Part shown: positions 26,930-39,054 of the stretch, one piece after another
Position numbering within the stretch: position 1 is the stretch's first letter
How the letters are laid out: each line of letters starts with the position of its first letter
DNA from: Azolla caroliniana
Taxonomy: Eukaryota > Plantae > Polypodiophyta
Assembly (NCBI GenBank): GCA_043228905.1
Contig: JBHGNT010000061.1
Span: 1-64,000, forward strand
DNA: 64,000 bases
Direction of reading: 5' to 3'
The notes under the pieces: model-generated
Seen by the model: the letters and a program-made list of their open reading frames with translations, nothing else
The model's database searches: none
Told to the model about the DNA's origin: nothing
Made by a program: the position numbers and the translations under genes

Positions 26930-29765
26930 GGGAGTTGAGAAGAGCGCGTGAGTAAATTAAAATGTTCATACCTGGCTCGTGTGAGATGGGATTTTTGTGT
27001 TCAACCATGCAAATAGAAGTTAACAACGCTAGCTATGATATGGATTGAGGAAATCTAGATTTTGAAACTCAGGTAGAGAGACATGACGAAACTAGCAAAT
27101 TTGAGGAGGGAGTTGAGAAGAGCGCGTGGGTAGATTAAAATGCTCATACCTGGCTCGTGTGATATCGGATTTTAGTGTTCAAACATGCGAATCGAGGCTA
27201 ACAACGCTAGCTATAATATAGAATTAAAAAATCAAGATTTTGAAACTCAGGTCGAGAGATATAATGAAATTAGCAAATTTGAGGAGGGAGTTGAGAAGAG
27301 CCTGTGAGTAAATGAAAATGTTCATACCTAGCTCGTGTGATATCGGATTTTTGTGTTTAAACATGCGAATCGAGGCTAACAACGCTAGCTATGATATAGA
27401 ATAAAAAAATCAAGGTTTTGAAACTCAGGTCGAGAGACATGACGAAATTAGCAAATTTGAGGAGGGTGTTGAGAAGAGCCCGTTCGGAAATTAAAATGTT
27501 CATACCTGGCTCGTGTGATATTGGATTTTTGTGTTCAAACATGCGAATCGAAGCTAACAACGCTAGCTATGATATAGAATTAAAAAATCAAGATTTTGAA
27601 ACTCAGGTCGAGAGACATGACGAAATTAGCAAATTTGAGGAGGGAGTTGAGAAGAGCGCGTTCGGAAATGAAAATGTTCATACCTGGCTCGTGTGATATT
27701 GGATTTTTGTATTCAAACATGCGAATCGAAGCTAAGAATGCTAGCTATGATATGGAATCAAAAACTCAAGATGTTGAAACTCACGTCGAGAGACATGAAG
27801 AAATTACCAAATTTGAGGAGGGAGTTGAGAAGAGCGCGTGAGTAAATTAAAATGTTCATACCTGGCTCGTGTGATATCGGATTTTTGTGTTCAAAGATGT
27901 GAATCGAAGCTAATAACACTAGCTTTGATATACGCATGACAAATTATCAAGATTTTAAAACTCAGGTTGAGAGACATGACGAAATTAGCAAATTTGAGGA
28001 GGGAGTTGAGAAGAGCGCGTGGGTAGATTAAAATGTTCATACCTGGCTCGTGTGATATCGGATTTTAGTGTTCAAACATGCGGATCGAGGCTAACAACGC
28101 TAGCTATGATATAGAATTAAAAAATCAAAATTTTGAAACTCAGGTCGAGTGACATGAAGAAATTAGCAAATTTGAGGAGGGAGTTGAGAAGAGCCTGTGA
28201 GTAAATGAAAACGTTCATACCTGGCTCGTGTGATATCGGATTTTTGTGTTCAAACATGCGAATCGAAGCTAACAACGCTAGCTATGATATGGAATTAAAA
28301 AATCAAGATTTTAAAACTCAGGTGGAGAGACATGACGAAATTAGCAAATTTGAGGAGGGAGTTGAGAAGAGTGCGTGAGTAAATTAAAATCTTCATACCT
28401 AGCCCGTGTGATATCGGATTTTAGTGTTCAATCATGGGAATCGAAGCTAACAACGCTATCTATGATATTGAATTAAAAAATCAAGATGTTGAAACTCAGG
28501 TCGAGAGACATGACGAAATTAGCAACTTGGAGGAGGGAGTTGAGAAGAGGCCGTTTGGAAATGAAAATGTTCTTACCCGGCTCGTGTGATATCGGATTTT
28601 TGTGTTCAAAGATGTGAATCGAAGCTAATAACACTAGCTTTGATATAGGCATGATGAAATTATCAAGGTTTTGAAACTCAGGTCGAGAGACATGACGGAA
28701 TTAGCAAATTTTAGGAGGGTGTTGAGAAGAGCCCGTTCGGAAATGAAAATGTTCATACCTGGCTCGTGTGATATTGGATTATTGTGTTCAAATATGCGAA
28801 TCGAAGCTAACAACGCTAGCTATTATATGGATTTAGAAAATCAAGATTCTGAAACTCAGGTCGAGAGACATGACGAAATTAGCAAATTTGAGGAGGGGGT
28901 TGAGAAGAGCGCGTGAGTAAATTAAAATGTTCATACCTGGCTTGTGTGATATGGGATTTTTGTGTTCAATCATGCGAATCGAAGCTAACAACCCTAGCTA
29001 TGATATGGATTGAGGAAATCTAGATTTTGAAACTCAGGTCGAGAGATATGACGAAATTAGCAAATTTGAGGAGGAAGTTGAGAAGAGCGGGTGGGTAGAT
29101 TAAAATGTTCATACCTGGCTCGTGTGATATCGGATTTTAGTGTTCAAACATGGGGATCAAAGCTAACAACCCTAACTATGATATGGAATAAGGAAATCAA
29201 GATTTTGAAACTCAGGTGGAGAGACAAGACGAAGTTAACAAAAATAAGGAGGGAGTTGAGAAGAGCCCGTGAGTAAATTAACATGTTCATCCCTGGCTCG
29301 TGTGATATCGGATTTTAGTGTTCAATCATGCGAATCGAGGCTAACAACGCTAGCTATGATATGGAATTAAAAAATCAAGATTTTGAAACTCAGGTCGAGA
29401 GACAACACGAAATTATCAAATTTGAGGACGGAGTTGGGAAGAGCGCGTGAGTAAATTAAAATGTTCATAACTGGCTCGTGGGATATCGGATTTTAGTTTC
29501 AAACATGCGAAGTCGAGAGACATGAAGAAATTACCAAATTTTAGGAGGGAGTTGAGAAGAGCGCGTGAGTAAATTAAAATGTTCATACCTGGCTCGTGTG
29601 ATATCGGATTTTTGTGTTCAAAGATGTGAATCGAAGCTAATAACACTAGCTTTGATATAGACATGACGAAATTATCAAGATTTTAACACTCAGGTCGAGA
29701 GACATGACGAAATTATCAAATTTGTGGAGGGAGTTGAGAAGAGGCCGTTCGGAAATGAAAATGTT
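26930..29765 (+). repeat. Dispersed copy of block ~21185-24020 (~2.8 kb)
   Basis: ORF offset 5745 (21673/27418, 22926/28671, 23346/29091, 23671/29416). The deletion junction TGCGAA|GTCGAG is shared at ~23766 and ~29511. Confidence 0.9.
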
Positions 29766-32700
29766 CACACCTAGCCCGTGTGATATCGGATTTTAGTGTT
29801 CAATCATGCGAATCGAAGCTAACAATGCTATCTATGATATGGAATAAAAAAATCAAGATTTTGAAACTCAGGTCGAGAGACATGACGAAATTAGCAAATT
29901 TGAGGAGGGAGTTGAGAAGAGGCCGTCCGAAAATGAAAATGTTCATACCTGGCTCGTGTGATATCGGATTTTTCTGTTCAAACATGCGAATCGAGGCTAA
30001 CAACGCTAGCTATGATATAGAATTAAAAAATGAAGGTTTTGAAACTCAGGTCGAGAGACGTGACGAAATTAGCAAATTTCAGGAGGGTGTTGAGAAGAGC
30101 CTGTTTGGAAATGAAAATGTTCATACCTGGCTCGTGTGATATTGGATTTTTGTGTTCAAACATTCGAATCGAAGCTAACAACGCTAGCTATGATATGGAT
30201 TTAGAAAATCAAGATTTTGAAACTCAGGTCGAGAGACATCACGAAATTAGCAAATTTGAGGAGGGAGTTGAGAAGAGCATGTGAGTAAATTAAAATGTTC
30301 ATACCTGGCTCGTGTGATATGGGATTTTTGTGTTCAACCATGCGGATCGAAGCTAACAACCCTAACTATGATATGGAATTTAAAAATCAAGATTTTGAAA
30401 CTCAGGTCGAGAGACATGACGAAATTAGCAAATTTGAGGAGGGAGTTGAGAAGAGCGCGTGAGTAAATTACAATGTTCATACCTGGCTCGTGTGATGTGG
30501 GATTTTTGTGTTCAACCATGCGAATCGAAGCTAACAACGCTAGCTATAGAAAATCAAGATTTTGAAACTCAGGTCGAGAGACATGACGAAATTAGCAAAT
30601 TTGAAGAGGGAGTTGAGAAGAGCGCTTGAGTAAATTAAGATGTTCATACCTGGCTCGTGTGATATGGGATTTTTGTGTTCAACTATGCAAATCGAAGCTA
30701 ACAACGCTAGCTATGATATGAATTTAGCAAATATGGATTTTGAAACTCAGGTCGAGAGACAAAAGGAAATTAGCAAATTTGAGGAGGGGGTTGAGAAGAG
30801 GGTAAATTAAAATGTTCATCCCTGGCACGTGTGATATGGGATTTTTGTGTTCAACCATGCGAATCGAAGCTAACAACGCTAGCTATGATATGGATTGAGG
30901 AAATCTAGATTTTGAAACTCAGGTAGAGAGTCATGACGAAATTAGCAACATTGAGGAGGGAGTTGAGAAGAGCGCGTGGGTAGATTAAAATGTTCATACC
31001 TGGCTCGTGTGATATCGGATTTTAGTGTTCAAACATGCGGATCGAAGATAACAACCCTAACTATGATATGGAATTAAAAAATCAAGATTTTGAAACTCAG
31101 GTGGAGAGACATGACGAAGTTAGCAAATTTGAGGAGGGAGTTGAGAAGAGCCCGTGAGTAAATTGAAATGTTCATACCTGGCTCGTGTGATATCGGATTT
31201 TAGTGTTCAATCATGCGAATGGAAGCTAACAACGCTAGCTATGATATAGAATAAAAAAATCAAGATATTGAAACTCAGGTCGAGAGACAAGACGAAGTTA
31301 ACAAAAATAAGGAGGGAGTTGAGAAGAGCCCGTGAGTAAATTAAAATGTTCATCCCTGGCTCGTGTGATATCGGATTTTAGTGTTGAATCATGCGAATCG
31401 AGCCTAATAATGCTAGCTATGATATGGAATTAAAAAATCAAGATTTTGAAACTCAGGTCGAGAGACATGACGAAATTAGCAAATTTGAGGAGGGAGTTGA
31501 GAAGAGGACGTTCGGAAATGGAAATGTTCATACCCGGCTCGTGTGATATCGGAGTTTTGTGTCCAATCATGCGAATCGAAGCTAATAACGCTAGCTATGA
31601 TATAGAATAAAAAAATCAAGATTTTGAAACTCACGTCGAGGGACATGACGAAATTAGTAAATTTGAGGAGGGAGTTGAGAAGAGCCCGTTCGGAAATGAA
31701 AATGTTCATACCTGGCTCGTGTGATATTGGATTTTTGTGTTCAAACATGCGAATCGAAGCTAACAACGCTATCTATGATATGGATTTAGAAAATCAAAAT
31801 TCTGAAAATCAGGTCGAGAGACATGAAGAAATTACCAAGTTAGAGGAGGGAGTTGAGAAGAGCTCGTGAGTAAATTAAAATGTTCATACCTGGCTCGTGT
31901 GATATCGGATTTTAGTGTTCAAAGATGCGAATCGAAGCTAACAACGCTACCTATAATATGAAATTAAAAAATAGAGATTGTGACACTCAGGTCGAGAGAC
32001 ATGAAGAAATTACAAAGTTAGAGGAGGGACTTGAGAAGAACGCGTGAGTAAATTAAAATGTTCATACCTGGCTCGTGTGATATCAGATTTTGAAACTCAG
32101 GTCGACAGACATGGAGAAATTACCAAATTTGAGGAAGGAGTTGAGAAGAGCACGTTAGTAAATTAAAATATTCATACCTGGCTCGTGTGATATCGGATTT
32201 TTGTGTTCAAACATGCGAATCGAAGCTAACAATGCTAGCTATGATATGGATTTATAAAATCAAGATTTTGAAACTCAGGTCGAGAGACATGAAGAAATTA
32301 CCAAATTTGAGGAGGGAGTTGAGAAGAGCGCGTGAGTAAATTAAAATGTTCATACGTGGCTCGTGTGATCCCGGATTTTTGTTTTCAAACATGCGAATCG
32401 AAGCTAACAACACTAGATATGATATGGAATTAAAATATCAAGATTTTGAGACTCCGGTCGAGAGACATGACGAAATTACCAAATTTGAGGAGGGAGTTGA
32501 CAAGAGCGTGTGGGTAAATTAAAATGTTAATACCTAGCTCGTGTGATATCGGATTTTTGTGTTCAATCATGCCAATCGAAGCTAACAACGCTAGCTATGA
32601 TGTGGATTTAGAAAATCAACATTTAGTGTTCAATCAGAGGGAGAGACATGAGGAAATTAGCAAATTTGAGGAGGGAGTTGAGAAGAGCGCGTGGGTAGAT

Positions 32701-34129
32701 TAAAATGTTCATACCTGGCTCGTGTGATATCCGATTTTAGTGTTCAAACATGCGAATCGAAGCTAATAACCCTAACTATGATATGGAATTCAGAAATCAA
32801 GATTTTGAAACTCAGGTGGAGAGACATGACGAAAATAGCAAATTTGAGGAGGGAGTTGAGAAGAGCCCGTGAGTAAATTAAAATGTTCATACCTGGCTCG
32901 TGTAATATCGGATTTTAGTGTTCAATCATGCTAATGGAAGCTAACAACGCTAGCTATGATATGGAATTAAAACATCATGATTTGGAAACTCAGGTCGAGA
33001 GACATGATGAAATTAGCAACTTTGAGGAGGGAGTTGAGAAGAGCCCGTGAGTAAATTAAAATGTTCATACCTGGATCGTGTGATATCGGATTTTTGTGTC
33101 CAATCATCGGAATCGAAGCTAACAACAATAGCTTTGATATGGAATTAAAAAATCAAGACTTTGAAACTCAGATCCCACAGACATGAAGAAATTACCAAAT
33201 TTGAGGATGGAGTTGAGAAGAGCACGTGAGTAAATTAAAATATTCATACCTGGCTCGTGTGATATCGGATTTTTGTGTTCAAACATGCGAATCGAAGCTA
33301 ACAACACTAGCTAGGATATGGATTTAGAAAATCAAGATTTTGAAACTCAGGTCGAGAGACATGAAGAAATTACCAAATTTGAGGAGGGAGTTGAGAAGAG
33401 CGCGTGAGTAAATTAAAATGTTCATACGTGGCTCGTGTTATCCCGGATTTTTGCTTTCAAACATGCGAATCGAAGCTAACAACACTAGATATCATATGGA
33501 ATTAAAATATCAAGATTTTGACAGTCCGGTCGAGAGACATGACGAAATTACCAAATTTGAGGAGGGAGTTGAGAAGAGCGTGTGGGTAAATTAAAATGTT
33601 AATACCTGGCTCGTGTGATATCAGATTTTTGTGTTCAATCATGCGAATCGAAGCTAACAGGGCTAGCTATGATATCGATTTAGAAAATCAAGATTTAGTG
33701 TTCAATCAGAGGGAGAGACATGAGGAAATTAGTAAATTTGAGGAGGGACTTGAGAAGAGCGCGTGGGTAAATTAAAATGTTCATACCTGGCTCGTGTGAT
33801 ATCCGATTTTACTGTTCAAACATGCGAATCGAAGCTAACAACCCTAACTATGATATGGAATTAAAAAATCTAGATTTTGAAACTCAGGTGGAGAGACATG
33901 ACGAAAATAGCAAATTTGAGGAGGGAGTTGAGAAGAGCGCGTGAGTAAATTAAAATGTTCATACGTGGCTCGTGTGATATCGGATTTTTGTGTTCAAACA
34001 TGCGAATCGAAGCTAACAACAATAGATATGATATCGAATTAAAAAATCAAGATTTTGAAACTCAGATCGACAGACATGAAGAATTTACCAAATTTGAGGA
34101 TGGAGTTGAGAAGAGCGCGTGAGTAAATT

Positions 34130-37100
34130 AAAATCTTCATACCTAGCCCGTGTGATATCGGAATTTAGTGTTCAATCATGCGAATCGAAGCTAACAACGC
34201 TATCTATGATATGGAATTAAAAAATCAAGATTTTGAAACTCAGGTCGAGAGACATGACGAAATTAGCAAATTTGAGGAGGGAGTTGACAAGAGGCCGTCC
34301 GGAAATGAAAATGTTCATACCTGGCTCGTGTGATATCGGATTTTTGTGTTCAAACATGCGAATCGAGGCTAACAACGCTAGCTATGATATAGAATTAAAA
34401 AATGAAGGTTTTGAAACTCAGGTAGAGAGACATGACGAAATTAGCAAATTTCAGGAGGGTGTTGAGAAGAGCCCGTTTGGAAATGAAAATGTTTATACCT
34501 GGCTCGTGTGATATTGGATTTTTGTGTTCAAACATTCGAATCGAAGCTAACAACGCTAGCTACGATATGGATTTAGAAAATCAAGATTTTGAAACTCAGG
34601 TCGAGAGACATGACTAAATTAGCAAATTTGAGGAGGGAGTTGAGAAGAGCACGTGAGTAAATTAAAATGTTCATACCTGGCTCGTGTGATATCGGATTTT
34701 TGTGTTCAACCAGGCGGATCGAAGCTAACAACCCTAACTATGATATGGAATTAAAAAATCAAGATTTTGAAACTCAGGTCGAGAGACATGACGAAATTAG
34801 CAAATTTGAGGAGGGAGTTGAGAAGAGCGCGTGAGTAAATTAAAATGTTCATACGTGGCTCGTGTGATATCGGATTTTTGTGTTCAAACAATGGAATCGA
34901 AGCTAACAACAATAGATATGATATGGAATTAAAAAATCAAGATTTTGAAACTCAGATCGACAGACATGAAGAAATTACCAAATTTGAGGATGGAGTTGAG
35001 AAGAGGGCGTGAGTAAATTAAAATATTCATACCTGGCTCGTGTGATATCGGATTTTTGTGTTCAAACATGCGAATCGAAGTTAACAACGCTAGCTATGAT
35101 ATCGATTTAGAAAATCAAGATTTTGAAACTCAGGTCGAGAGACATGAAGAAAGTACAAAATTTGAGGAGGGAATTGAGAAGAGCGCGTGAGTAAATTAAA
35201 ATGTTCATACCTGGCTCATGTGATATCGGATTTTAGTGTTCAATCATGCTAATGGAAGCTAACAACGCTAGCTATGATATCGATTTAGAAAATCAAGATT
35301 TTGAAACTCAGGTCGAGAGACATGAAGAAATTACCAAATTTGAGGAGGGAGTTGAGAAGAGCGCGTGAGTAAATTAAAATGTTCATACCTGGCTCGTGTG
35401 ATATCGGATTTTAGTGTTCAATCATGCTAATGGAAGCTAACAACGCTAGCTATGATATGGAATTAAAACATCATGATTTTGAAACTCAGGTCGAGAGTCA
35501 TGATGAAATTAGCAACTTTGAGGAGGGAGTTGAGAAGAGCCCGTGAGTAAATTAAAATGTTCATACCTGGCTCGTGTGATATCGGATTTTTGTGTCCAAT
35601 CATCGAAATCGAAGCTAACAACGCTAGATATGATATAAAACAAAAAAATCGAGATTTTGAAACTCAGATCGAGAGACATGACGAAATTAGGAAAAATGAG
35701 GAGGGAGTTGAGAAGAGGCCGTGACTAAAGTAAAAATGTTCATCCTTGGCTCGTGTGATATCGGATTTTAGTGTTCAAACATGCGAATCGAGGCTAACAA
35801 CGCTAGCTATGATATGGAATTAAAAATCAAGATTTTGAAACCTACGTCGAGGGACATGACAAAATTAGTAAATTTGAGGAGGGAGTTGAGAAGAGCGCGT
35901 GAGTAAATTAAAATCTTCATACCTAGCTCGTGTGATATCGGATTTTAGTGTTCAATCATGCGAATCGAAGCTAACAACGCTATCTATGATATGGAATTAA
36001 AAAATCAAGATTTTGAAACTCAGGTCGAGAGACATGACGAAATTAGCAAATTTGAGGAGGGAGTTGAGAAGAGGCCGTCCGGAAATGAAAATGTTCATAC
36101 CTGGCTCGTGTGATATCGGATTTTTGTGTTCAAACATGCGAATCGAGGCTAACAATGCTAGCTATGATATAGAATTAAAAAATGAAGGTTTTGAATCTCA
36201 GGTAGAGAGACATGACGAAATTAGCACATTTCAGGAGGGTGTTGAGAACAGCCCGTTTGGAAATGAAAATGTTCATACCTAGCTCGTGTGATATTGGATT
36301 TTTGTGTTCAAACATTCGAATCGAAGCTAACAACGCTAGCTACGATATGGATTTAGAAAATCAAGATTTTGAAACTCACGTCGAGAGACATGACGAAATT
36401 AGCAAATTTGAGGAGGGAGTTGAGAAGAGCACGTGAGTAAATTAAAATGTTCATACCTGGCTCGTGTGATATCGGATTTTTGTGTTCAACCATGCGGATC
36501 GAAGCTAACAACCCTAACTATGATATGGAATTAAAAAATCAAGATTTTGAAACTCAGGTCGAGAGACATGACGAAATTAGCAAATTTGAGGAGGGAGTTG
36601 AGAAGAGCGCGTGAGTAAATTAAAATGTTCATACGTGGCTCGTGTGATATCGGATTTTTGTGTTCAAACAATGGAATCGAAGCTAACAACAATAGATATG
36701 ATATGTAATTAAAAAATCAAGATTTTGAAACTCAGATCGACAGACATGAAGAAATTACCAAATTTGAGGATGGAGTTGAGAAGAGCACGTGAGTAAAGTA
36801 AAATATTCATACCTGGCTCGTTTGATATCGGATTTTTGTGTTCAAACATGCGAATCGAAGCTAACAACGCTAGCTATGATATGGATTTAGAAAATCAAGA
36901 TTTTGAAACTCAGGTCGAGAGACATGAAGAAATTACCAAATTTGAGGATGGAGTTGAGAAGAGGGCGTGAGTAAATTAAAATGTTCATACCGGGCTCGTG
37001 TGATGTCCGATTTTAGTGTTCAAACATGCGAATCGAAACTAACAACCCTAACTATGATATGGAATTAAAAAATCAAGATTCTGAAACTCAGGTGGAGAGA

Positions 37101-38220
37101 CATGACGAAAATAGCAAATTTGAGGAGGGAGTTGAGAAGAGCCCGTGAGTAAATTAAAATGTTCATACCTGGCTCGTGCGATATCGGATTTTAGTGTTCA
37201 ATCATGCTAATGGAAGCTAACAACGCTAGCTATGATATGGAATTAAGAAATCATGATTTTGAAACTCAGGTCGAGAACCATGATGAAATTAGCAAATTTG
37301 AGGAGGGAGTTGAGAAGAGCCCGTGAGTAAATTAAAATGTTCATACCTGGCTCGTGTAATATCGGATTTTTGTGTCCAAACATGCGAATCGAAGCTAACA
37401 ACGCTAGCTATGATATAGAACAAAAAAATCAAGATTTTGAAACTTAGATCGAGAGACATGACGAAATTAGGAAAAATGAGGAGGGAGTTGAGAAGAGGCC
37501 GTGACTAAACAAAAAATGTTCATCCCTGGCTTGTGTGATATCGGATTTTAGTGTTCAAACATGCGAATCGAGGATAACAACGCTAGTTATGATATGGAAT
37601 TAAAAAATCAAGATTTTGAAACTCACGTCGAGGGACATGACGAAATTAGTAAATTTGAGGAGGGAGTTGAGAAGAGCGCGTGAGTAAATTAAAATCTTCA
37701 TACCTGGCCCGTGTGATATAGGATTTTAGTGTTCAATCATGCGAATAGAAGCTAACAACGCTATCTATGATATGCAATTAAAAAATCAAGATTTTGAAAC
37801 TCAGGTCGAGAGACATGACGAAATTAGCAAATTTGAGGAGGGAGTTGAGAAGAGGCCGTCCGGAAATGAAAATGTTCATACCTGGCTCGTGTGATATCGG
37901 ATTTTTCTGTTCAAACATGCGAATCGAGGCTAACAACGCTAGCTATGATATAGAATTAAAAAATGAAGGTTTTGAAACTCAGGTCGAGAGACATGACGAA
38001 GTTAGCAAATTTCAGGAGGGTGTTTAGAAGAGCCCGTTCGGAAATGAAAATGTTCATACCTGGCTCGTGTGATATTGGATTTTTGTGTTCAAACATTCGA
38101 GTCGAAGCTAACAACGCTAGCTATGATATGGATTTAGAAAATCAAGATTTTGAAATTCAGGTCGATAGACATGACGAAATTAGCAAATTTGAGGAGGGAG
38201 TTGAGAAGAGCCTGTGAGTA
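34130..38220 (+). repeat. Degenerate 10-monomer (~1780 bp) higher-order periodicity
   Basis: ORF offsets of 1780 and 1781 (34233/36013/37794). The GGCCGTCCGG...AATGAAGGTTTT cassette recurs, while intervening monomers are more diverged. Confidence 0.75.
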
Positions 38221-39054
38221 AATTAAAATGTTCATACCTGGCTCGTGTGATATCGGATTTTAGTGTTCAATCATGCGAATGGAAGCTAACAACGTTAGCT
38301 ATGATATAGAATAAAAAAATCAAGATTGTGACACTAAGGTCGAGAGACATGAAGAAATTACCAAGTTAGAGGAGGGACTTGAGAAGAACCCGTGAGTAAA
38401 TTAAAATGTTCATACCTGGCTCGTCTGATATGATATGGATTTAGAAAATCAAGATTTTGAAACTCAGGTCGAGAGACATGAAGAAATTACCAAATTTGAG
38501 GAGGGAGTTGAGAAGAGCCCGTGAGTAAATTAAAATGTTCATACGTGGCTCGTGTGATCCCGGATTTTTGTTTTCAAACATGCGAATCGAAGCTAACAAC
38601 ACTAGATATGATATGGAATAAAAATATCAAGATTTTGAAACTCCGGTCGAGAGACATGACGAAATTACCAAATTTGAGGAGGGAATTGAGAAGAGCGTGT
38701 GAGTAAATTAAAATGTTTAGACGTGGCTCGTGTGATCCCGGATTTTTGTTTTCAAACATGCGAATCGAAGCTAACAACACTAGATATGATATGGAATTAA
38801 AATATCAAGATTTTGAAACTCCGGTCGAGAGACATGACGAAATTACCAAATTTGAGGAGGGAGTTGAGAAGAGCGCGTGAGTAAATTAAAATGTTCAGAC
38901 GTGCCTCGTGTGATCCCGGATTTTTGTTTTCAAACATGCGAATCGAAGCTAACAACACTAGATATGATATGGAATTAAAATATCAAGATTTTGAAACTCC
39001 GGTCGAGAGACATGACGAAATTACCAAATTTGAGGAGGGAGGTTAGAAGAGCGT

